64,000 nucleotides of DNA from Nemertoderma westbladi (lineage: Eukaryota; Animalia; Xenacoelomorpha). Each line of letters begins with the position of its first letter. The stretch's first letter is position 1. The notes beneath the pieces were generated by a model that searched no databases, was not told where the DNA came from, and saw only the letters and a list, made by a program, of their open reading frames with translations. Shown piece after piece: positions 50,566 to 62,281 of the stretch. A program made the position numbers and the translations under genes. The DNA lies in the NCBI GenBank assembly GCA_032718475.1, contig JAUCBJ010007711.1, positions 1-64,000 on the forward strand, given 5' to 3'.

Positions 50566-50784
50566 ATTGCTTCATCACGGTTCCCTTTACAAATACATAC
50601 ACAAGATCCACCATGAATGGTCCGCGCCTGTCGGTATTATCTCCGTCTACAATCACCCTGTAGAACAAGTAACAGCCAACGTATTACCTGTGCTCATTGG
50701 CCCGCTCATAATGGGCTCCCACATTGCCACTGTGTGGTTGTGGGGTACCGCTGCTATTGTTACTACGGCGATATCTCATTCAGG
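50566..50784 (+). CDS. FAXDC2: FAXDC2-like exon 3
   Basis: TCTAG| acceptor phase 2; completes HRLLH; HKIHHEW, HPVE, SHSG; GG|GTGAGT donor. Confidence 0.92.
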
Positions 50785-51569
50785 GTGAGTGGGTTGAGTT
50801 TGTAGACACACTGCACTAAGAACAAAATTAAACTTAATGACACTCCCCTTCTGAGCTCCATTAGGTAAATATATTCTTTACTTATGATGAGATTACGAAC
50901 TTCGGTCCCCATAATGGTAATTTAGATTCCATTCAACCGAATTTAAGACCCGATTTTACGCGAAATTGCACTTTTCGTATCCCCACCCCACCATTCTTGG
51001 CATTAGTACATATGCTACGTTTAAAAACATAACTCTACACAGTTATAGGCGTTCAAATATTACAAGAATTATCGTTCGCTGAAGGCCATTTATTCTATTT
51101 AATAAATTAAATACACAAAATTATAGAATTATTATTTATTTCATGAGTTGGTGGGCACAGCGGTTTGCCTATAAACTATCTCAATTGCTAAGCACATATT
51201 AAATATACAAATACACCACGCCATGACCCGTAATATAGTGTCATTTTCTGATGTCACGGACCCCCCCCCCCCCAGATTTTTCTACAAATCTTTATAATAT
51301 TGGATTGCTTGAAATTTCAAAGGGTTTTAAAAAAGTGTCTTTTGCGAAATCGCACCATCCGTATCGTGGCTATTCTTCACATTAGTCGTAAATACGTAAT
51401 AATGTTTGAATTTCGTTGAGAAACAGCTGAGAAATAGGCATTCAAAGATTGCAAGAATTATTGTTCGCTGAAGGCAATTATTCTATTCAATTCGTATCAT
51501 ATCGTATTCATATCGTAATTTGTAACTTCCATACAACCAATTCAATAGTCATCAATTTATTATTTACAG

Positions 51570-51692
51570 CTATCATTTCCCGTTTCTACCATCTCCAGAG
51601 GCCCACGACTATCATCACCTTAAATTCAATCAGAACTTCGGCGTTATGGGCGTTCTTGACAGACTCCACGGTACTGACATACAATTCCGCAG
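51570..51692 (+). CDS. FAXDC2: FAXDC2-like exon 4
   Basis: TACAG| acceptor; YHFPFLPSPEAHDYHHLKFNQNFGVMGVLDRLHGTD (last His box); AG|GTAAT donor; not in this frame in the ORF track. Confidence 0.92.
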
Positions 51693-52127
51693 GTAATATT
51701 TCGGAAAAAGTTTCATGTAATAAATGAACTGTCTTATTCTTTAATATACCGATGGCAGTCCGACAACCGACACCACCCTACGAACGTTAACAACGTTAAT
51801 CAACAATATGATGGAAAGGAACAGGTTATAGTTTCTGTTGCTTGTAATTAAAATCAAAGCAATAAGTTCAAGTTAAATCACGTGTTACAGTTTCACATTT
51901 TGTTTTCAATAATGGCTGTCGGATGTGTTTTTCTGTTGTCTGTGTATCAAATCACGTGTTACAGTTTCACATTTTGTTTTCAATAATGGCTGTCGGATGT
52001 GTTTTTCTGTTGTCTGTGTATCGATCACACCATTAAGTAACATAAATTTACATTGCCATTATTCGCACAAAATTGCAAAATCGTAAAATTAACCGAATTT
52101 AACATTCGTACCCGTTTTCTCCTGCAG

Positions 52128-52236
52128 GACTGTTGCCTACCAACGCCACGTTATGTTCCTAACTCTAACGCCACCACGAGAACTATATGCCGACGCAGAT
52201 GACAGACATAAATGTGGTAAAAAAAACTCGCAATAA
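52128..52236 (+). CDS. FAXDC2: FAXDC2-like exon 5 (terminal)
   Basis: CCTGCAG| acceptor phase 2; TVAYQRHVMFLTLTP resembles the FAXDC2 C-terminus; TAA 52234-52236; AATAAA at 52245. Confidence 0.8.
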
Positions 52237-54411
52237 TTTACCCAAATAAACTAAACAGCATTGAAACTAACTTCATCACACATCTATATAATTTTATAAT
52301 TTCTGTAGACAAAGGAGACATACAGTAGCAACAATCAGTTTAATAATGTTCGGCTATTACGAGACAAGTCTTGACTTGACATGACTGGGAGAAACTCAGA
52401 ACTAACAATGCAGTAAAGGATGCTTATACAGAAGAAGTTCAAAACCGCTTTGAAGCACTTCAATCAATGGGTGTAGACCAGTCCACCGATTCAATATACC
52501 AGAATATAAAAAAGCCCACAAGGAATCAGCTAAGAGGCATATCCCCCAGAAACCCAAACGAAAACAGTATGCGCCATGGCAAAACTCTGAGGTTACTTGT
52601 AAGAGAGAAGATCTTAAGATAGCCTACAAAGTTAAAACCGAACAACCAACAACCGAAAACATTAACAAGGTTGAGAAAGCTAAGGAAGATCTTAAATTGG
52701 CCTAACATCAGCCAGGAAAAGTACATACAGGATAAAACTGAAGCAATTACAACTGCTCACATACAGCAACAATCAAGACTTACCTGGCAAACTGTAAATG
52801 AGGTATCTGGTCGGAAAAGTTGTGCAAAGAGGCGCATCAAAGCCGATAGTCCTGAAGAACGTGTTGGGAAGTGGAAAAATCACTTCAGCAACTTGCTTGG
52901 GCAGCCACTAAACATCGAGGTCAGCCCTACAAGGAAAATATATGACAAGACACTACCTATAGAGACAGGGGACTTCACACCTGCCGAACTCCAAAGAAGC
53001 ATTAAAAGCATGTCCAATAATAAAGCGAGTGGATTAGATGAAATCCCAGCGGAGGTATGGAAAACCGGAGTGCTAAACAGACCATTATTGAATGTTTGCA
53101 ACCGGATGTTAAAAGGGGAAAAGCCACCAACAATTTGGACTAAAGGTCAACTAAAGCCTCTCCCCAAGAAAGGAGACCTCGGCATACCAACAAACTATCG
53201 TGGAATCTGTCTGCTTGTGGTAGCTGCCAAAATATGCAACAAAATGGTTCTATATAGAATTAGGCCTCACATAGACGTGAAATGCTGGAAATCCTAAGAG
53301 CTTATGGAATACCAGAAGTAATTGTTGCTGGCATTGGATTGTTATATTGTGACACAGAAGCGCAGGTACTCTCACCAGATGGTGAAACTGAGTTCTTCTC
53401 AATCCTGGCTGGCGTACTGCAAGGTGACACTGTTGCTAAGGAGGGTGGATTGCATATAAATGCTACCAAGACCGAATTCATTAATGTTAATGGAAACTTG
53501 ACAACCATTGATAATAATCAACTAACAGGCCTCCCAGAGTTTCCTTTTTTTCCCTTTTTTCCTTTTTTTGTGTCCATTTTCTCACCTTTTTTTCCTTTTT
53601 TTAGTTCAGAAAATAGCCTGCTGTAAGTTGTAACATGTTCTGTTCAGTACAAGGCAGCGGGGAGACAGCTGGACAGGTCGTGCAGTTTAATCAATTACCG
53701 GTACTGTACCACTGTCTGACTGTAGTTCCATATATGACGATTTCAGTACTTACTATATACTATCAGTATAATAGTCCTTGGCTTTGTAGTAAACTAATAT
53801 AACAATGTACATGGCAAGTGATTTTCCTGTTATCTGCAATCATACTTAACGGTACCGGTACCAATGGAAACCATTAGATCCACGCAATCATTGGCAGATA
53901 AGCTGAAATTTCAGCTTGCTGCTGATATTGACAAGGTTATAACAGAGATTGACGGGCATATGCCTATTATATTTTGATTAGATTTTTTTTACAAAAATCA
54001 CATGCTAAGCTACCATAAAAATGTAGCTGTGGAGAGAACTTTAATATATTTATTTCTGAGACAGAAGCTGTCTCTGTCTCAGAAAATATGTATATTAAAG
54101 TTCTCTCTGCAGCTACATTTTTAGCGTGTGATTTATTATAATTGACGCAAAACCGCCTTGGTGAATCAACAATGATGATTTCAATTTAGGGAAAGGAACA
54201 GGTTGCAGTGGCAGTCTATTCTAACCAAAACAATAAAAGAAAGCCTATAACACGGTTACAGATTCATTTTTGCTCGCAATCGGCTGTTATTTGCGTCCAT
54301 TTTCCCCTGGATATGGTTGAATTTTGATTGCGTTTAAAGGCATTTTTGTTATTTATATAAATGTAGCCACGACCGGAAATCCGTACCAAAGTTTTTATAT
54401 CACTTTCAAAC

Positions 54412-57400
54412 CGTCAGCTTCAAGGCAGAACCCCCTAAGTCGATTTTTTTCGATTTTCATGTTTTTGACTTTTTGGGTAATTCGATATCGGCTTTTTCGT
54501 CTGGCAGAACCCTGAAGCTTTACTACCAGCCATTTTTGAGTTATAAGCCAAAGACAGTTCCCCGTAACTTATGCCCACTTCGAGGCAGAACCCCCCAAGT
54601 CAATAATTGGCTTGCAAAACACCGTAAATTCAAGTATATGAAATTCAGTCCACCTGGCAAAACCCCTTAAATCAGAAATAACAACCTGTAAAACCCCTTA
54701 AATCAGAAACAATAGCCTTGCAAAACCCCGTAATTTATCATTTATATACTGGTTTGTATTGCGGCCAGGACACAAATATTAATTAGGGACACAAACATTA
54801 TTGAGGGACGCAAACATTAATGAGGGACACAAAACATTAATAGGGCAGGGGCCCATGGTTGCCAATGGATATTAATATGAGCGATGGTGATGCTTGCCAT
54901 CAGACGATTAGATATTAAGTGATTAACTGGAAAAAATACTACCATGGGAACGTGAGCTTCGTTCAAAGTACCGCCGTTTTATATACATTCCATCTTCCTA
55001 ATTAGATGGAAATTAATTGAAAGCGACGTTCGGTTACGTTGTTCAGCTGCCTGTTTTCTGCTACCCCCCCCCCCCCCCCTCCCGGCTGGTATACCCCCAT
55101 ATTTTAAATTTACCTCCTACCACCACCATTCATGTTACACCCCCCCCCCCCCCCCCCCATTCCTGTCTCCCCCTCATGTTCATCATTTTTTTTACTCCTA
55201 CTCCTTCCCTTTTTAGTAACAACATCGTTTATTGTTTTGGTTAGAAAAACCATCTCCGTAACCTGATCCTTTCCTTCAATTGGCAATAACATAGTTTATT
55301 GGTTTGGCCAGATTAATATGTTATTATTTATTGTTGTTAGTTTATTGCTTGACAGTAATGAGAATTGTAATACTGTAATATATTGTATGTGTATGGGTGG
55401 TAACATGAATCATACTAAGTGCGAAGGGCGATAGTGCCCATGGTTAATGTTTGTGCCCGTGATTGATATCTGTCCCTCGTTTATTGTTTGTGTCCCTCAT
55501 TAATGTGTGTGTCTCTCATTAATGTTTGTGTACCTCATTAATGTTTGTGTCCCTCATTAATGTTTGTGTCCCTCATTAATGTGTGTCCCTCATTAATGTT
55601 TGTGTACCTCATTAATGTTTGTGTCCCTCATTAATGTTTGTGAACCTCATTAATGTTTGCGTCCGTCATTAATGTTTGTGTCCCTCATTAATGTTTGTGT
55701 CCCTCATTAACTCGTTTATTGTTTGTGTCTCTCATTAATGTTTGTGTCCCTCATTAATGTTTGTGAACCTCATTAATGTTTGCGTCCGTCATTAATGTTT
55801 GTGTCCCTCATTAATGTTTGTGTCCCTCATTAACTCGTTTATTGTTTGTGTCTCTCATTAATGTTTGTGTCCCTCATTAATGCTTGTGTCCCTCATTAAT
55901 GTTTGTGTCCCTCATTAATGTTTGTGTACCTCATTAATGTTTGCGTCCCTCATTAATGTTTGTGTCCCTCATTAATGTTTGTGTCCCTCATTAATGTTTG
56001 TGCCCTTGATTGATATCTGTCCCTAGTTTATTGTTTGTGTCCCTCATTAATGTTTGTGTCGCTCATTAATGTTTGTGTCCCTCATTAATATTTGTGTAAC
56101 TCATTAATGTTTGTGTCCCTCATTAATGTTGTGTCCCTCATTAATGTTTGTGTCCCTCATTAATGTGTGTCCCTCATTAATGTTTGTGTCCCTCATTAAT
56201 GTTGTGTCCCTCATTAATATTTGTGTCCCTCATTAATGTTGTGTCCCTCATTAATGTTTGTGTCCCTCATTAATGTGTGTCCCTCATTAATGTTTGTGTC
56301 CCTCATTAATGTTGTGTCCCTCATTAATGTTTGTGTCCCTCATTAATATTTGTGTCCCTCATTGATGTTTGTGTCCCTCATTAATGTTTGTGTCCTATAT
56401 GAATGTTTATGTCCCACATTATTGTTTGTGTCCTACATCAATGTTTATGTCCCACATTAATGTTTGTCACCCTGATTAATGTTTGTCCCACTAATGTTTG
56501 TGGCGCTGATAAATATCTGTCCCTCATTTAATGTTTGTGTCCAAGTTGCTATAAGTTACTCTAGGTTGCCGGACGTTTTGGACAATTTGGTCAGCAACTA
56601 GCATCTTAATTTGAACAACATTAACTTTTAGTCTCCGTTATATGAGGCATCTTTAACAGCAACAAAGTTCGCGTTTACATAGAGCAACTTGATCGCAACC
56701 TGAAATGCTTACTAAGTTGCTGATAGAGTTGCTCAAAATGTTGCCACGTACTGTAGAAAAAACAGCCTTTAATTAATCTTCATAACGTAGCTAGACTTTG
56801 TTCTTACTGTAGAGTACCACCCATGGCTATATTTTGTACTTAGAGTTCCGCTTTCGTGAATCTAAATTTTGTTCTTACAGTTCTGCATTTGGCTACATTT
56901 TGTTCAATTTGTATTGATACATGATTCTAACTACAGTCCCGTACTTATTTTAGAAGCAATTAATACCAAAATATCAAAAACTTATGGAGCACTTTAGAAT
57001 TTTGAATTCAAAAATTTCCAACATGTGCGCAAGTGTGTTAGCTATATTGTATGTGATTATTTGTTATTATTGCGTTTACAGGTAATACTAACACCTGCTC
57101 ATGTGCTAGTTAACATGTTAGATAGCACGTATTAGCTAATAACAAATGCGCACATGTATCACGTGCGCACTACGCACTAAATAATTAAGGACGCACGATA
57201 CGCCTTGGCTATAATTTGATATATTTTGCGTGTTTTTTTTAAAAATTCGGACTTATGGTGTTTTGCCTAATTGAGGATGCCTTGTTTTCTAGGCAATACC
57301 CCGCAACTATCGTATAGTTACGGGATAATACCAGAAAACGGTGTTCCCCCTTGTTTTGGCAAAACACCATAAGTCAGAATTATTACAAAAAAACCGCAAT

Positions 57401-57580
57401 ATATTTCAAAGGTAATTCTAAATCAAATTGAAAGTTTAGTTATATGAATTCTATATATAGTTAGTTATCAAAAAACACAATACAAGTAAACTGAGGCATC
57501 TCTCTAAAAAATAAACAGTTTTTATCGATTATCTCAGAACTACAAAAATCGACTTAGGGGGTTCTGCCTTGAAGGTGACG
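54412..57580. mobile_element. Nested TIR element with 4-bp TSD (Sola1-like, tentative)
   Basis: ~37-bp TIR CGTCA.CTTCAAGGCAGAACCCCCTAAGTCGATTTTT and its inverse; AAAC on both sides (54408-54411, 57581-57584). Confidence 0.7.
55480..56540. repeat. 19-bp minisatellite
   Basis: CCCTCATTAATGTTTGTGT tandem array; a few inverted units at ~54765-54845. Confidence 0.95.
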
Positions 57581-58274
57581 AAACTAAAGTTATATTTACT
57601 ATCATTTGATAAACCTATATCAATGACCATCAATTGGCGGAGCTCGACCATCTCTGATAACTAGGCAAAAAAGTTGAAAGTATCTGTATAATAATATTAA
57701 TATATTAACTATAATTAATTTTAATTATATTCCCATTGCCATTGTTCTCTTTCCTCTGTGTTTATATTTTTTACCTTTCTTTGATATCTTCCTGTCATTT
57801 AAAACAGTGACGTTTCTTAATGGGATTCTTCATACAGGTAGTATATACAGTAAAGTTAATGAGATAGAATCAAGAAACAGCACTAAAGACATAATGTTTA
57901 CTATTACTTTTGTAAAGATAATATATATTCAGTTTTTCCCTTTTTTTTTGAACTGCATCCGATCCTTTTTTTCCTTTTTTTTAACTGCATCCTATCCTTT
58001 TTTTCCTTTTTTTTGAAAATATAAAATCCTTTTTTCCTTTTTTTTCTCTATTCTTTTGGCTGGGAGGGCTGAGCTAAGGAAGGTTGACGACTTCCAGTAC
58101 CTTGGATCATGGATAGAGAGTAGCAAAAAGGACATAGAAGTTAGGAGAGCAAAGGCTTGGGTAGCTCTATCAAAAATGGATACCATCTGGAAATCAGATC
58201 TCTCCAGGCACCTGAAGACTAAGTTCTTTCGAGCCACAGTGGAAAGTGTATTTTTATACGGGGGTGAGACCTGG

Positions 58275-58602
58275 AAGTAGTAGGGTCTTGAGCGGCTCTG
58301 CGACAGTTAGACAACACTGATGACCCATTGTGTGTCAGGGCGCTAATCAGTCTGATTAATTAGGATAATCAATTAAACCCTAATTAGGAGTCATATGACA
58401 CCTGTTAGGGTTTAATTGTACTAATTAATTGATGACACCTGTCAATTAGGGTCTAATTAGCCTAATTGGGAGGTGTCACCCAGACAGTCTGGCGCCAATG
58501 ACACCCAATGACACCCATAGGGTGATAATTGGGTGTCATATGACACCCAATGGGTGTCAGTTGGGTCTAACTGTCGCAGAGCCGCCCAAGACCCTACTAC
58601 TC
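58275..58602. mobile_element. Sola2-like MITE inserted in the RTE LINE
   Basis: TIR (A/G)AGTAGTAGGGTCTTG.GCGGCTCTGCGACAGTTAGAC; 4-bp flanks CTGG/CTAG; removal restores GETWTLTK. Confidence 0.7.
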
Positions 58603-59165
58603 CTAGACACTGACTAAATCACTTGAACAACGAATTGATGGTTGTTAACACAAGACTACTAAGGGCAGCCCTAAACATCAGCTCATACAACACATACAAA
58701 CGCCGAGCTTTATGGTACAATACCACCTGTATCAACCACCCTCTGTGAACGCAGATTACGATTCAGTGGGCACTGCTGGATATGTAAAGATGAGGTCATA
58801 CCAGATCTACTTTTCAGGCAACCAACACAAGGAAAGCGTAGTCGTGGACGACCGGCCATAACATATATAGATCAACTTGAAAGGAATACTGAACTTGGGA
58901 GAAACGAAATTGCGACAACTATGGAGATGGAGAATCGGGAAGCCTGGAAGGATCCCATACCACTGTCCGAGCTCGCTCGACCGATGTAAAATCTATCCTT
59001 CAAGTAGAATATATATTTTACTGCCAATACCGGCGATTCACCCGGGCGAGCCACGAAGTGAGTGAAGCTCTGAAGTAGCATAGCTCTACCAATAACGAGT
59101 TGTTTATCGTCGTCGTCGACTAATTTTCGATCGCTAATAACTCAGTCATTCCTTTATGCAATTAA

Positions 59166-61688
59166 AGGGGGGGGGGGGGGGGGGGGTAGCGCTATAATGA
59201 TACAGTCAATGAAAACCAATGGTAACAGGGCAAGACTTTGTCCAAAATGAATAATTTTTGGTGTAAGGGTCAATCGATAACTGAAGGTTGTTTCAAAATT
59301 TTTTTTTGTAATATAGATGTAATAATTTAGTGCTATTTAGTAGCATGAAATTATTACTATTACTAAAAACACTACTCTTCGTTCAAATTAATTAATTTCC
59401 TATTTTTAAAAAAAATTTGCATTTTTCACATTTCGAAGCCAATAAAAACAGTTAGGATTAAAATTTTAAAATTCTGACCAATACTGTACTTTTGAAGATA
59501 CCATGCATGTGGTTACTCTGTCCAAAATTCATGAAAAAATATTAAAAATTGGCAGAGGAGTAGCATTTTAAATCTCGTTGAAATGAAAAAATCCGAGATA
59601 ATTGCCTTTAAAATTTGAACCTTCCCGCGCAAAAATTGTCTGTTAATATGTGAGAATGTCTGTCAATTTCATTTCATTTCATTTCTTTTAATCAAATAAA
59701 ATTGATATAACACAGATTATTGGGTCATAAAATATATACAGTAATTGCACAAAAGCAACAATACGTAGCGCATAGCGTAGCAATACGTAGCGAATACATA
59801 GATAAAATCAATGTGAACTTTACAAACTTTAAATAAAACAGTGTTCAGTTTGAAATAAAGGCTGTACAAGATTCATAAAAATCATAATATGATGTTATAA
59901 ATTCTTAGGTGTAGTCGTACGTGATAATTGTACAACGTAATTAATATTCCGAAAGATGTGTTCTAGGTGGTAAATCACAAAATACTACAGCGGGTCCAAG
60001 GTCAAAGGTCAATCACCCCAGCAACAGTCAGTTTAGAGGTATCCATGGTCTAAGTGTAAGTACGCGAGCGAAACGTAGAAAAGGTCAGTGTATGGTGCAA
60101 GCTACGTGTAGCTTGTGTAGCTACGTGCTTCCCACCTTTCCCTTGGATGTAATTAAGGTTACAACCCGTAGGAGCTCCGGTGGATCCCGGTGAAATGCTC
60201 AGCAATGACAAGATGAAATCAGTGAAATGCTATTTAGATCCCGTGCTGTGATGGTAACTCAGACGATATTGAAGTATTGAGTAATCCTATTGTGTTTGTC
60301 TTTGAATGATATGTGCTTGAGATTGTAACATTCCTCGATGTACCTGTCATTAATGCATTCGATGGTCGTGAGGGTTCCCAATTTAATTCTCGCTTTCAGT
60401 TCTTTAACACCGTAGCTGTGTTGTAGAAGGGAACTTATACATTACGAACTCTAGATTGCAGCGGTTGTACAAACTACCAATACCTACGTATCTCTTCATA
60501 GTGTCCATTGTGTTGATTTGCAGCATATTGCGAAGGTTGTACTGTAGATTTGGATTGGGACAGGATGTTAATCGCCATAAAATTCCGATAGAGGATGTAA
60601 AGGCATCAAAAGCAAGTGGTCGGCACCCCATTAAACTGTAGATCACCTGATTCGAAGCGTATGTTCCAAGATGGAGTAGGCCCCTTAGTGTTTTCCGGTA
60701 ATAAATCTCAAGGTTCTAAATCTCGGTCTTTGTTAAGCGCCCTATCAGGAATTTTGCGTTGTATAGTATCATAGCGAGTGCAACAGACCTCCACAGGTGA
60801 GCGAGAGTAGTGGTATTGATCCACCTGACAGTCCATGCGTTCCGGTGGAAAGATTCAGAGGCCATGGCGATTCGACGGATACACTCAGCGAGAGGATTGG
60901 GTCGCCAGAATTCTAGCTTGTATCCAAGGAATAGTAGCATAGATTGCCCTGGTATGAGTGTGTTCTTAATAGTGATGAAGGTAGGGATGCTGACGTTACT
61001 AACGTTGGTTTTGCTGGGGGCACAGTAAGTCCATTTAGTCTTACTACTCTCAATATCCAGATGTATATTCCGCAGATTGTCGATGATTATGGATAGGATT
61101 CTTTCGAGGTCCTCTGGATTTCTTGCCGGGCGATATATTTCTATCAACAAGAAAGCATAAAACTATGCGAAGATTTTTGCTGTGGGGGTTTTCCTGAAAG
61201 CTGATTTCATTTCTGAGGTCAGTTTTCAATTTTAATGAAATCTAGTTTGTCTGCATGTCTGCCTGTCGGTCTTTCTCACTATCCGACTATCTGTCTGTCA
61301 AAGATAAGAAAAAGGCACACCATTGAGCTAGAAGTTTAGCTATATAGGGGTTTTCCTGGTCGCAGAATTCATTCCGAGTGTCAATTTTAACATTTGATGA
61401 CTTCCAAATTGTCTGTTTGGCTGTCAGGCTGCCGGTTATATTTTGACAGACAGGCATACAGACATAACCGACAAGGTCAAATTTGATTAATGACATCACA
61501 AATGAAGTCACCGACCATGAAAACCCATACAGGGTAAACCGACAGTAAAACGGACAGACGGCCATATCTCGAGAAGTAAGACAGATCTTGCTAAAAACTG
61601 TTTTCAAATTTGGAATCTTGATAAAAATCTGCTCTATATGAAATAAAAAAAAATTTAGCAAAAAATTATTGAAGTAGCGCTACCCCAC
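59166..61688. mobile_element. TTAA-flanked Kolobok-like non-autonomous element, interrupted by a LINE fragment
   Basis: GGGGTAGCGCTA/TAGCGCTACCCC ends next to TTAA; internal segments are inverted relatives of 1941-2875. Confidence 0.55.
59668..61150 (-). mobile_element. 3' fragment of a non-LTR retrotransposon
   Basis: RT C-terminal-like SSKTKW...LLFLGYKL...CIRRIAMA..F...ILYN (60716-61150); AATAAA-free 3' region ending in a (TGAAA)n tail at ~59668-59685. Confidence 0.6.
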
Positions 61689-62281
61689 TTAAACCAAACT
61701 TGGTACGTATGCATGCAGTCAGTCAAAAGTTTAGGAAGAATCTGAAGTTTGGGAAAAATAAGAGACAATCTGTGAGTGTATTGGGTATCTGATAAAGACC
61801 AAAATGGACCGAGCATTCTTCAACTTATTGTTGTTATACTCAGTTGGAGTTCCTTTGTCTATATTATTTTATGATATATTTTATTTTATATTATCTAATG
61901 GTGCTTCTCTTTGCCTCTATATTATATTATTTCTATGTAAGTGTAAGTATGTATGTATGTATGTATGTATGTAAGTGTGTTATAATCATAAAATTAAACG
62001 GAATATAATAACTACTTATTAGATATAGAGAAATTACGCTGTTATCCGACGACCCAACGTGTTTATTTACCGCGCGCAGCGAAGTTAGTTAAATGTTTTA
62101 TTCTTAAGAATTACTACGACTTGCTTTTCTTCCCATTGCCTCTTCCCCAATCGCAAAGGAAACAGATATTTTGAATAATAATAGGGACCGTGCACAAAGG
62201 ATGTCACGGTCGAGGGGGGGGGGGGGGGGGGGGGGGGTAGCTATACTTGTGACGCCACAGTACAGTAGCACTTTAAAGATT

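Larger units (their letters stand above)
53526..58071. mobile_element. CAG..CTG TIR element (hAT-like) inserted in the RTE LINE
   Basis: CAGGCCTCCCAG.../...CTGGGAGGGCTG ends, subterminal TTTCCTTTTTT repeats; flanks AACTAA/AGCTAA; removal restores LINE NQLRKVDDF. Confidence 0.65.
52370..58990 (+). mobile_element. 5'-truncated, decayed RTE-like non-LTR retrotransposon split by later insertions
   Basis: RT pieces ASGLDEIPAEVWK, PKKGDL...NYRGI, GVLQGDT (52671-53525), resuming KVDDFQYLGSWI..FLYGGETW (58072-58274) and TLTKSLEQRIDG..GRP (~58607-58990). Confidence 0.85.

Noticed and set aside
51693-51696. FAXDC2 ending at AGG TAA in exon 4
   Set aside because: A phase-compatible exon at 52128 encodes the expected AYQRH C-terminus, so the GT donor is preferred; intron retention not excluded
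51875-52022. ~74-bp perfect tandem duplication in FAXDC2 intron 4
   Set aside because: Ordinary local duplication with no effect on splice sites
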